From an uncultured bacterium (GTDB lineage: Bacteria > Actinomycetota > Acidimicrobiia > Spongiisociales > UBA4744), in assembly GCA_963827865.1 (NCBI GenBank), contig CAWHCO010000005.1:43068-107067 (forward strand): a stretch of 64,000 bases of DNA, written 5' to 3'. This document shows positions 39,837 through 47,706 of this stretch, one piece after another (position 1 is the stretch's first letter; each line of letters begins with the position of its first letter). The position numbers were made by a program, and so were the translations under genes. Below the pieces are notes generated by a model, which was given only the letters and a program-made list of their open reading frames with translations, was not told the DNA's origin and did no database searches.

Positions 39837-40276
39837 TGCACGCTCCTGACTGCCCTGATGATGGACCCATACCCGGTACAGCGACAGATGTTGCCTGCAA
39901 GGGACTCGCGGATCTCACCGTCGGTCGGGTGCGGGTTCTGATCGAGGAGGTGTGTGGCGGCGACGACGATTCCCGGCGTGCAGTAGCCGCACTGGACACC
40001 TCCCTCATCGAGGAGTGCCCCTTGCACCGGGGAGAGGCCCGCCTCGGGAGTCAACCCCTCCACTGTGACGATGTCGGCGCCCTCGGCATCGAGCCCCAAG
40101 ACGAGGCATGAGCACACAGGCTGCCCGTCCATCAAGATGGTGCACGAACCGCACTCGCCCTGCTCGCAGGCGTCTTTGCTCCCGGTTACACCGAGGTTCT
40201 CGCGCAGGACTCTCAGTAGGCTTTGCGCACCATCGACGGCCACTTCCGTCTCGATCCCGTTGAGTTGGAACCTCAT
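39833..40276 (-). CDS. (2Fe-2S)-binding subunit of xanthine dehydrogenase family enzyme (set 1)
   Basis: 147 aa. CEQGECGSCTILMDG, CGYCTPG, NICRCTGY. Confidence 0.9.
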   Translation of the reverse strand: MRFQLNGIETEVAVDGAQSLLRVLRENLGVTGSKDACEQGECGSCTILMDGQPVCSCLVLGLDAEGADIVTVEGLTPEAGLSPVQGALLDEGGVQCGYCTPGIVVAATHLLDQNPHPTDGEIRESLAGNICRCTGYGSIIRAVRSVQ

Positions 40277-41064
40277 AGCAAACGCTCCAGTGTGCGTCGT
40301 GCGATGACGCCTACTCCGTGCCGCCGGTATCGTGCAGTGGCCCGGTGGTCTGTGATCGGAGATGCCTCTTCCGACACGAGCCGTTGGAACTCATTGAGCG
40401 CCGCTTCGCTCGGCGATCGTTCTTCGGAGATCATCTCCTCGGCCCGCCGAGCCCTCGTCACCGTTGGCGCGACCGAACCGAGTGCGACGCGTGTCCTCCC
40501 GTCGGAGAATCGAGCAATGCACACCGATGCGATCGCAATCACCATCGCCGATCGGGTACCGATCTTCGAGAATCCCTGCCGCTCCGGCATGTGTAGGGGA
40601 AGCTTGACCCCAACGACAAGCTCGTCCGGCATCAGTGCTGTGCGTTTGACGCCAATGAAGAACTCGTCCCAGCGCAACTCCCTGGATCCGTTCACCGACC
40701 GGGTCACGATGCTCGCGTCGACAGCTGCGAGAAACGGGAGGGCGTCACCCGCGGGACTCGCCGTCCCGATGTTCCCTCCGATCGTTCCCACATTTCGGAT
40801 CTGGGGTGAACCGACCGTGCGAGCCGCCTCGGAGAGTCCAGGCCACGGGGAGCGTTCGAGGCGAGCATGCGTGACGCCGGCACCGATCCATTCCTCACTG
40901 ATTTCGGCGAGTTCATCGATCCGGCGCAGCGCCACGATCCTGGAGGGGTGACGGTGCCCGAAGTTGACCTCGACCATCAGGTCCGTCCCACCCGCGAGGC
41001 ACGTCGCGTCGCCATCGAGCGCCTGCACCGCGTCGTCGATCGTTGTCGGGAACTCGATGTGCAC
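40273..41064 (-). CDS. FAD-binding subunit (CoxM/XdhB-like) of xanthine dehydrogenase family enzyme (set 1)
   Basis: LAGGTDLMVEVNFG, GNIGTASPAGD. The track ORF reaches 41226 with an Arg/Pro-rich leader. The first in-frame start near the conserved N-terminus is the GTG at 41064 (VHIEFPTTIDDAVQAL). The start is uncertain. Confidence 0.75.
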   Translation of the reverse strand: MHIEFPTTIDDAVQALDGDATCLAGGTDLMVEVNFGHRHPSRIVALRRIDELAEISEEWIGAGVTHARLERSPWPGLSEAARTVGSPQIRNVGTIGGNIGTASPAGDALPFLAAVDASIVTRSVNGSRELRWDEFFIGVKRTALMPDELVVGVKLPLHMPERQGFSKIGTRSAMVIAIASVCIARFSDGRTRVALGSVAPTVTRARRAEEMISEERSPSEAALNEFQRLVSEEASPITDHRATARYRRHGVGVIARRTLERLL

Positions 41065-41126
41065 GTCGGACCCAAATCTAGCGACTCGCCGTCCCTGTCG
41101 GCTTCTTCTCTTGTAGGGTCCGGCAC

Positions 41127-41792
41127 ATGGACATCGATGCGATCCTCGGGCAGTGCGAATCCGCGCTTGAAGAGAAGGGCCAGGTCGACATCGGTGCGTT
41201 GGGCTTCTGGAAGGCGGTAGGGGCACTCAAGCGAGACCAGCAGCTGGTGGCGCGCTATGGAAGTCGTGTCGCGGCAATCGACGAGGACGCGTTCTCTCGA
41301 TGGGCCGGTGTTCGGCTCCCGATCGTGGTCGGTATCGGCGGGATGCTGCTGCTGACCGTCGCTGGACTCGTGGCCGTCTCGATCGCCTACTACGTCGACG
41401 CACCGTGGAACGGTATCTGGGTGTTGGTCGGCACAGGGCTTCTCCTGGCCTCGACGCACACCCTCGCGCACTACATCGTCGGTCGGACGGTCGGGATCCG
41501 ATTCACCCACTGGTTCATCGGACCAAACCCCCAACCGGGCGTCAAGATCGACTACGCTACCTACCTCTCCACGCCACCACGTGCGCGGGCGTGGATGCAC
41601 GCATCGGGGGCGCTGGCCACGAAACTGGTCCCGTTTCTCAACATAGGGGCCGCGTGGGGTTCCCACTCTCCTGCGTGGACCACATGGGTACTTCTCCTTC
41701 TCGGCGCCGTGATGGTCACGACCGACGTCTTCCTGTCTACGAAGCAGTCGGATTGGAAGAAGTTCCGTAGAGAGATGCGCTACACCTCCTAG
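41127..41792 (+). CDS. Hypothetical multi-pass membrane protein
   Basis: 221 aa. A soluble N-terminal 60 aa is followed by 4-5 hydrophobic helices. It contains HTLAHYIVG. No family recognised. Confidence 0.5.
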   Translation: MDIDAILGQCESALEEKGQVDIGALGFWKAVGALKRDQQLVARYGSRVAAIDEDAFSRWAGVRLPIVVGIGGMLLLTVAGLVAVSIAYYVDAPWNGIWVLVGTGLLLASTHTLAHYIVGRTVGIRFTHWFIGPNPQPGVKIDYATYLSTPPRARAWMHASGALATKLVPFLNIGAAWGSHSPAWTTWVLLLLGAVMVTTDVFLSTKQSDWKKFRREMRYTS

Positions 41793-41809
41793 GCGGGCGT
41801 GCGCCCGCC
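41792..41809 (+). terminator. GC hairpin immediately after the membrane-protein stop
   Basis: GGCGGGCG tg CGCCCGCC overlaps the last base of the TAG stop. Confidence 0.35.
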
Positions 41810-41813
41810 GTCC

Positions 41814-41933
41814 CCGGTACCTGGTACGCCACCTAGCCGCGGAGTCGGGCCGCGGGGCGAGCCGTACCCGCAACTACTCCGGACGCGCTCTACCGCCAGG
41901 CGCGATACGAGGTACAAGGTACGAGGTACGACC
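41814..41933. repeat. GTAC-heptad inverted-repeat element, copy A
   Basis: The left arm is CCGGTACCTGGTACGCC. The right arm is ATACGAG GTACAAG GTACGAG GTACGAC C. An inner CCGCGG...CCGCGG hairpin is present. It shares the exact 17-mer TACGAGGTACAAGGTAC (41906-41922) with 53545-53561. Confidence 0.65.
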
Positions 41934-41949
41934 GGCCCTTTGGCGGGCC

Positions 41950-42945
41950 CTACATCGTAAGGACGGCTGCCCCCGCGACCCGGCCTTCGCGGAGGTCCAA
42001 GAGCGCTCGGTTCGCCTCCTCCAGCCGGTACTGCTGGACGACCGTCCTGATGGGGATCTCGGCGGCGAGCTGCAGGAATTCGCGCGCATCTTCCTTCGTG
42101 AAGTTGGCGACGCTGCGTATCTGTCGCTCCAGCCACAGGTGCCGGTAGTCGAATGCGGGCATCTCGTCGAGATGGATCGCGTTGATGGCGACCGCTCCTC
42201 CCCTATCGACCGCCTTCAGCGCCTGGACGACGACCGAGCCCACCGGTGCGAATGTCACGGCTGCGTCCAGTGACATCGGCGGCGGTTCGTCATACCCGCC
42301 TACCCAGACAGCGCCCATCTCGGTGGCCCTAGCCCGCTCTCCCTCGGACCTGGTGGCGACGTACACACTGCATCCCCAGTGCAGGGCAACCTGCAGGGAG
42401 AGCAGCGCCGACGCTCCGAATCCGTAGAGCCCGAGGCGACCTCCCGGTTGAATGCCTGACACCTTCAGTGCTCGGTAGCCGATCACTCCACCACACAGCA
42501 GCGGAGCGACGTCGACATCAGACACGCCTTCAGGAAGATGAAACGCGTACCCCGCATCGGCTGTCGCCTTCTCGGCATATCCGCCATCGCGGTCCCATCC
42601 GGTGAACACCGCCGACGTGCACAGGTTCTCGCGACCCGACCGGCAGAAGTTGCACCTGCCGCAACTCCCGCCGATCCAGCCAACACCCGCTCGCTCCCCC
42701 ACGCTCCACCCCTCCACGGCGTCACCGACTGCTGCGACCGCACCGACGATCTGATGTCCCGGTATCACCGGAACCCGGTGCGGCTCGATGTCGCCCTCAA
42801 CCTCCTGGAGGTCGGTACGACACACACCGCACGCCGTCACATCGAGCAACAGTTCTCCGGCCATTGGAACAGGATCGTCCGTATGTTCGAGGCGCAGCGG
42901 CTGTCGGTCGACTGGAGCCAGTTCGTACAGCAGCTGCGCACGCAT
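41950..42945 (-). CDS. Zinc-dependent alcohol dehydrogenase family oxidoreductase
   Basis: The start is taken at the ATG at 42945, 1 nt after the upstream stop; the track gives 43002. CGVCRTDL, GHQIVG, structural-zinc CGRCNFCRSGRENLC, and the GLYGFGASA Rossmann motif. Confidence 0.85.
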   Translation of the reverse strand: MRAQLLYELAPVDRQPLRLEHTDDPVPMAGELLLDVTACGVCRTDLQEVEGDIEPHRVPVIPGHQIVGAVAAVGDAVEGWSVGERAGVGWIGGSCGRCNFCRSGRENLCTSAVFTGWDRDGGYAEKATADAGYAFHLPEGVSDVDVAPLLCGGVIGYRALKVSGIQPGGRLGLYGFGASALLSLQVALHWGCSVYVATRSEGERARATEMGAVWVGGYDEPPPMSLDAAVTFAPVGSVVVQALKAVDRGGAVAINAIHLDEMPAFDYRHLWLERQIRSVANFTKEDAREFLQLAAEIPIRTVVQQYRLEEANRALLDLREGRVAGAAVLTM

Positions 42946-42946
42946 A

Positions 42947-44416
42947 TCAAAGCTCGGAGAGCAGCCCGGTCTTCTCGTTGAACGCCTCGATGTGACGATC
43001 AATTACGTCGACCTCCGACTGAACCGATGTCCAGTAGTCGTCGTCGTACCACTGAGCCTGAATCTCCTCGTAGGTCTTGCCCTGCTGCTCGACCCACGTG
43101 TAGTACTTGAGGTTGTGGATACGCATGCGACCTTGGTAGTCGAGTTCGACCATGGCGTCGGTTCCGACACCTCGCAGGTAGCGCTCGAACGCGACGACTG
43201 CGTCGTCCCGGGTGAAGGCACCGCGTTCTTCATTGAGCTCTCTCAGTCGTGACTCATACATCTCGACGGAGTCTGTCGCTACGGTCATCACGACGTCCTG
43301 GCCGGTCATCTGGTTCCACTTCGCGAACTTGATCGACGACAGCATGTTCGCAACGCTCGATATGCCGAGCTGAGGGAGTTCCTCCACGAAGGATGCGTCC
43401 ACACCTCGCTCGATCAGGTAGTCCTGACCGACCGGCTCGTTGAAGAGGCGCAAGATCTGCATGGTGGCTTCGTCATCGATAGCCGTTACGAAGTCGGTGT
43501 TCTTGACATTGTGGATCCACGGGACGTGCTTGTCGCCGATTCCTTCGATCCTGTGCGCGCCAAACCCGTTCTCCAGCAGCGTCGGGCACTGCAGGGCCTC
43601 GCTTGCGACGATCTTGGACGTCGGATACTGCTGCTTCATGTAGTCGCCGGATCCGATGGTCCCTGCCGACCCTGTGGTCAGCGCGACACCGCGGTACCGG
43701 TCCCCCGGTCCCATGATCTCTTCGAGGACCTCGACCATCGCGGGGCCGGTGATGGTGTAGTGCCAGAGGTAGTTGCCGAACTCATCGAACTGATTGAAGA
43801 TCACGACGTCCTCACCGGATCGACGGAGTTCCCACGTCTTGTCGAAGATCTCTTTGACGTTGCTCTCCGATCCGGGGGTCGCTATGACCTCGCCTGCGAC
43901 CTTTGACAACCACTCGAATCGTTCGCTGCTCATGCCCTCCGGGAGGATGGCGACGGACTCGCACGCGAGCAGATTCGAGTCGTAGGCTCCGCCGCGGCAG
44001 TAGTTTCCGGTCGATGGCCACACGGCCTTCTGGCTGGTTGGATCGAACTGGCCGGTCACCAATCTCGGCACGAGACACCCGAATGCGGCCCCGACCTTGT
44101 GCGCTCCCGTCGGGAACCATTTGCCGACCAACGTCACGATACGGACCGGAACACCGGTGAGAGCGGACGGGTACTCGAGAAAGTTCACGTCCCCATACCC
44201 TCCCCCGCTCGGCACAGGCTCGTTCTTCCACGTGATCCTGAACAGGTTGATCGGATCCAGGTCCCACAGGCCGACGCTGCCGAGTTTCGCTTTGATCGAT
44301 TCGGGTACCAGTCCCGGATCGCGCTGCTGGGCGAATGTCGGAATGATGATGTTGCGCTCGCGCGCCCTCTGAACTGCCCGTCCTAACGGCGCCTCGTGGA
44401 TGGTGAGGTCGATCAC
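42947..44416 (-). CDS. Fold-type II (tryptophan synthase beta-like) PLP-dependent enzyme, 489 aa, unknown specificity
   Basis: GKWFPTGAHKVGAAFG (candidate PLP lysine), TGNYCRGGAYDS, GSAGTIGSGDY. It has a long N-terminal extension (NLFRITWKNEP). The GTG start forms a GTGA overlap with the upstream gene. Confidence 0.7.
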   Translation of the reverse strand: MIDLTIHEAPLGRAVQRARERNIIIPTFAQQRDPGLVPESIKAKLGSVGLWDLDPINLFRITWKNEPVPSGGGYGDVNFLEYPSALTGVPVRIVTLVGKWFPTGAHKVGAAFGCLVPRLVTGQFDPTSQKAVWPSTGNYCRGGAYDSNLLACESVAILPEGMSSERFEWLSKVAGEVIATPGSESNVKEIFDKTWELRRSGEDVVIFNQFDEFGNYLWHYTITGPAMVEVLEEIMGPGDRYRGVALTTGSAGTIGSGDYMKQQYPTSKIVASEALQCPTLLENGFGAHRIEGIGDKHVPWIHNVKNTDFVTAIDDEATMQILRLFNEPVGQDYLIERGVDASFVEELPQLGISSVANMLSSIKFAKWNQMTGQDVVMTVATDSVEMYESRLRELNEERGAFTRDDAVVAFERYLRGVGTDAMVELDYQGRMRIHNLKYYTWVEQQGKTYEEIQAQWYDDDYWTSVQSEVDVIDRHIEAFNEKTGLLSEL

Positions 44417-45642
44417 GGAATCTCCAGTCTGTCGATCACTGCCTTTGCGGCATCCAATGTGGGTTCGATCGTGTACGGCTCGGCACCCGCCATGCCCGCG
44501 GCGCGCACCGCAGATGCGACGTCCTTGAGGCCGCTCCCCGTGTTGAGCACGACGACACTGTCTGACTCGGTCAGCACTCCTAGCTCACGCGCCTGTAGAA
44601 AGCCTGCGTAGGCCGCGGCACCCGCCGGTTCGCCGAACACGCCGCTCGCCCGGGCCATCGTGGGAATCGCATCGAGGATCTGATCATCCGACACGGTCAC
44701 GTACGCACCTTCCGTTTCCACGACCGCCGCCATCGCCTTGATGCGGTCGCGTGGAAGGCCGGCCGAGATCGAGTCGGCCACCGTCGTCGCTTCGATCGAC
44801 GGCTTGGTCAGCACGTCCTCGCCGTTGGCCCAGGCTTCGGCGAGGTAGTTGCTCCCGGCTGCCTGAGCGCCGATCAGTCGGGGCACACGGTCGATCCAAC
44901 CGAGTTCGAGAAGGTCCTTGAAGCCTTTGTGCAGCCCCCCGATGATGCATCCGTCTCCGACACTCACAACGACGGCGTCTGGCACGTGCCAGCCGAGTTG
45001 CTCTGAGATCTCGTACGCCGCGGTCTTCTTGCCTTCGGTCATGTACGGGTTGTACGCGGTGTTGCGGTTGTACCAGCCGTACTGCCCCGCGACCTCGAGA
45101 CATAGCTCGAATGCATCGTCGTAGGTGCCCTGAACCGTGAATACGGTGGAACCGAACACGAGAAGTTGCGCGATCTTCGCCTGCGGGGCAGACGCCGGCA
45201 CGAAGATGACGTTCCGCTGTCCAACCGATGCCGAGATGCCTGAGAGCGCTGCTGCCGCGTTGCCGGTCGACGCGGTCGTGACGATCTCTGCTCCGCGCTC
45301 CTTCGCCTTCACGACGGCGATTGCGCTCGCGCGATCCTTGAACGATGCCGTCGGCTCGCGTCCGTCATCCTTGATCCAGGTCCCGGAACCAACCTCGTAC
45401 ATCGGTGTCCAACCGATGGTGAGGGGCGGAACCTCGGCGTCAGGACTTATCGGGAGCAGTGGTCGGTACCGCCACATCGACCAGTCGGACCCGAGTCGGT
45501 CTCGATCAACGGTCTCCCGCAAGGAGTCGTAGTCGTAGATGACGTCGAGAATGCCTTCATTACCGTGTTCGGGACAGACGTACTCGACTTCGTCCGGCTC
45601 GTACACCGTCCCGCAAATGACACAGCGAAGCCCGATGATCAT
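44413..45642 (-). CDS. Threonine synthase-like PLP enzyme with N-terminal zinc ribbon
   Basis: The ATG at 45642 forms an ATGA overlap with the carbamate kinase stop. 409 aa. CVICGTVYEPDEVEYVCPEHG, PTASFKDRASA, ASTGNAAAA. The track ORF 44413-46452 has a 270-aa Arg-rich false extension. Confidence 0.8.
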   Translation of the reverse strand: MIIGLRCVICGTVYEPDEVEYVCPEHGNEGILDVIYDYDSLRETVDRDRLGSDWSMWRYRPLLPISPDAEVPPLTIGWTPMYEVGSGTWIKDDGREPTASFKDRASAIAVVKAKERGAEIVTTASTGNAAAALSGISASVGQRNVIFVPASAPQAKIAQLLVFGSTVFTVQGTYDDAFELCLEVAGQYGWYNRNTAYNPYMTEGKKTAAYEISEQLGWHVPDAVVVSVGDGCIIGGLHKGFKDLLELGWIDRVPRLIGAQAAGSNYLAEAWANGEDVLTKPSIEATTVADSISAGLPRDRIKAMAAVVETEGAYVTVSDDQILDAIPTMARASGVFGEPAGAAAYAGFLQARELGVLTESDSVVVLNTGSGLKDVASAVRAAGMAGAEPYTIEPTLDAAKAVIDRLEIP

Positions 45643-46592
45643 CTCGTGATCCGTGTCCCTGTCTCGCCTCGCACCGCCCGCTCGATGTTCTCGGGGTTCG
45701 TGATGATGACTTCGGTACCGCCGGCGTCGAGGTACATGATCGCCGCCTCGATCTTGGGGGCCATGCTTCCTTTGGCGAAGTGCACGCCTTCGGCGAGGTA
45801 CTGTCTCGCCTCCTCGAGCGTCATTGAGCCCACCCAACGCTGTCCGGGGGTCCCCCAGCCGAGGGCGACCTGCTCCACCGCGGTTGAGATGAGCAGAAGA
45901 TCTGCGCCAAGCTCCCCTGCCAGGAGCGCGGACGCGCGATCCTTGTCGATCACCGCGGAAACACCTTTGAGCCAGCCGCCCGGTTCGGAGACGACGGGGA
46001 TCCCGCCACCGCCGACACAGATGACGGCCATGCCTTGTCCGAGCAGACCACGAATGGCGTCGATCTCGACGATTCGTTTCGGCTGTGGTGACGCGACGAC
46101 CCGCCGCCAGCCTCTGCCAGCGTCCTCCACGACCTCCCATCCATCGGACGAGCGCCGCAGTTCGGCGGTGTCCTCGTCCATGAACGATCCGATCGGCTTT
46201 GACGGATGTTCGAATGCGGGGTCGGCCGCATCGACCTCGACCTGGGTGACCACGGTTGTGACGGTCTTGTCGATTCCAAGGGCGAGGAAGTCGTTGTAGA
46301 GGTTCTGCTGGAGGGCGTAGCCGATCGCACCTTGGGTGTCGGCACCGCAGGCGTCGAGCGGAACTTCGTGCAGCTCTCCCCGCGCGAGTTCGGACCGACG
46401 GAGTATGAATCCGACCTGCGGCCCGTTCCCGTGGGTGATCGCGACGTCCCACCCTTCCTTGATCAGTTCTGCGATGTGGTGGTCCGTCTCTCCCGCGGCC
46501 TTGTACTGGTCCTCGACTGTGGAGTGCTCGCTGTCTTTGATCAACGAGTTGCCGCCGATCGCCACCACCGCCAGTTTCGTGTTGCTCAACAC
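45639..46592 (-). CDS. arcC: Carbamate kinase
   Basis: 317 aa. LAVVAIGGNSL, ITHGNGPQVG, VCVGGGGIPV, and a C-terminal family pattern. Confidence 0.9.
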   Translation of the reverse strand: MLSNTKLAVVAIGGNSLIKDSEHSTVEDQYKAAGETDHHIAELIKEGWDVAITHGNGPQVGFILRRSELARGELHEVPLDACGADTQGAIGYALQQNLYNDFLALGIDKTVTTVVTQVEVDAADPAFEHPSKPIGSFMDEDTAELRRSSDGWEVVEDAGRGWRRVVASPQPKRIVEIDAIRGLLGQGMAVICVGGGGIPVVSEPGGWLKGVSAVIDKDRASALLAGELGADLLLISTAVEQVALGWGTPGQRWVGSMTLEEARQYLAEGVHFAKGSMAPKIEAAIMYLDAGGTEVIITNPENIERAVRGETGTRITR

Positions 46593-46618
46593 CGTCTCCT
46601 TCTGGAGGATGGCTCGAC

Positions 46619-47593
46619 CTACATGGTCAGAGCCATCACCGCTTTCTGTGCGTGCAGCCTGTTCTCCGCCTGGTCGAAGACGACACTGTGTGGACCGTCG
46701 ATCACACCGTCTGTGACCTCGATGTTGCGGTCGGCCGGCAGCGGATGCATGTAGATGGCGTCTTCGCTTGCGAGCGCCATCCGGCGCTCGTCGGTGATCC
46801 AGTCCGTGTACTTGTCGCCGATCGCCTTCGACTTCGCGTCGTCGGTTGTCGTCAGCATCGCACCCCAGCTCTTGGCATACACCACGTCCGCACCGCGAAA
46901 CCCATCATCGAAATCCTCGACGATCTCGAACGAGCCGTGCGCCCTGCGAGCGTTCTCCTCTGCCTGAGCCACGATTTCGGGCATCAGCTTGAACTCAGGG
47001 GGACGAGTCAACCGAACGTTCATCCCGAAACGGGTGGCCAGCAGGATGAGGCTCTGCGGCACACTCAGCGGCTTCTGGTAGCTGGATGCGTACGCATAGC
47101 TCACGTTGATCGTCTTGCCGCGAGGATCGCCCTTCTTCTCGATGATCGTCATCAGGTCGGCGAGGATCTGGTGTGGGTGGTAGATCTCGCACTGCATATT
47201 GAGCACGGGCACTCTGCTCGCCTCTGCGACCGCTCGCTGGTACTCGTTGCCGACTCCCCAGTCGACCTGCCGGATGGCGATGCCGGCGCTGTACCGTCCG
47301 AGGATCTCACCGATTTCGGTGGCGGTATCCCCATGGCTGATTTGAGTCGTCCGGGACTCCATGAACATGGCGTGCCCACCGAGCTGCGCCATGCCGGCCT
47401 CGAAGCTCGCCCTCGTCCGCGTGCTCGAGAAGAAGAACAGCATTGCGAGCACCTTGTCGCGCAGGTACGCGTGCGGCTCGCCGAGCGCCTGCTTGCGCTT
47501 CAAGTCGAACGCGACGTCCATCACCGTGTCGATCTCGTCCTTGGTCCACTCCTGGGTCGTGATCATGTCACGACCCCTCAATCCCGTCTGCAT
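46619..47593 (-). CDS. Ornithine carbamoyltransferase-family protein (atypical substrate motifs)
   Basis: 324 aa. STRTRASFE, HPHQILAD, C-terminal MHPLPADRNIEVTDGVIDGPHSVVFDQAENRLHAQKAV. SWG replaces the OTCase SMG loop and HPLP replaces HCLP. The RBS is AAGGAG. Confidence 0.85.
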   Translation of the reverse strand: MQTGLRGRDMITTQEWTKDEIDTVMDVAFDLKRKQALGEPHAYLRDKVLAMLFFFSSTRTRASFEAGMAQLGGHAMFMESRTTQISHGDTATEIGEILGRYSAGIAIRQVDWGVGNEYQRAVAEASRVPVLNMQCEIYHPHQILADLMTIIEKKGDPRGKTINVSYAYASSYQKPLSVPQSLILLATRFGMNVRLTRPPEFKLMPEIVAQAEENARRAHGSFEIVEDFDDGFRGADVVYAKSWGAMLTTTDDAKSKAIGDKYTDWITDERRMALASEDAIYMHPLPADRNIEVTDGVIDGPHSVVFDQAENRLHAQKAVMALTM

Positions 47594-47607
47594 CGTTGGC
47601 TCCTTGC

Positions 47608-47640
47608 AGTCTTCAGTCTTCAGTCATCAGTCTTCAGTCC
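47608..47640. repeat. Tandem heptamer array CAGTCTT x 4.7 in the gap between the two carbamoyltransferase genes
   Basis: CAGTCTT CAGTCTT CAGTCAT CAGTCTT CAGTCC. A partially complementary array, GAGAACT GAGAACC, lies at 47690-47703 after a GC-rich spacer. Confidence 0.7.
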
Positions 47641-47706
47641 GGAACGACGGAACCTCGGCCGCCGACGCGTCTACCGACGACCGAAAACCGAGAACTGAGA
47701 ACCGTT

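Noticed and set aside
45643-46452. 270-aa N-terminal extension of the threonine-synthase-like ORF in the track (44413-46452).
   Set aside because: The extension is Arg-rich nonsense in an alternative frame of the carbamate kinase gene. The conserved zinc-ribbon N-terminus starts at the ATG at 45642, which forms an ATGA overlap with the carbamate kinase stop. The same reasoning was applied to the extended track ORFs at 23689, 24115, 26453, 41226, 43002, 48714, 50617 and 57121.
47608-47640. Possibility that the short tandem repeats (here and at 37547, 41814 and 53481) are a CRISPR array.
   Set aside because: The units are only 7 nt and directly abutting, without spacers. There are 2-5 copies, and no cas genes are present. 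They are treated as heptamer tandem/inverted repeats instead.
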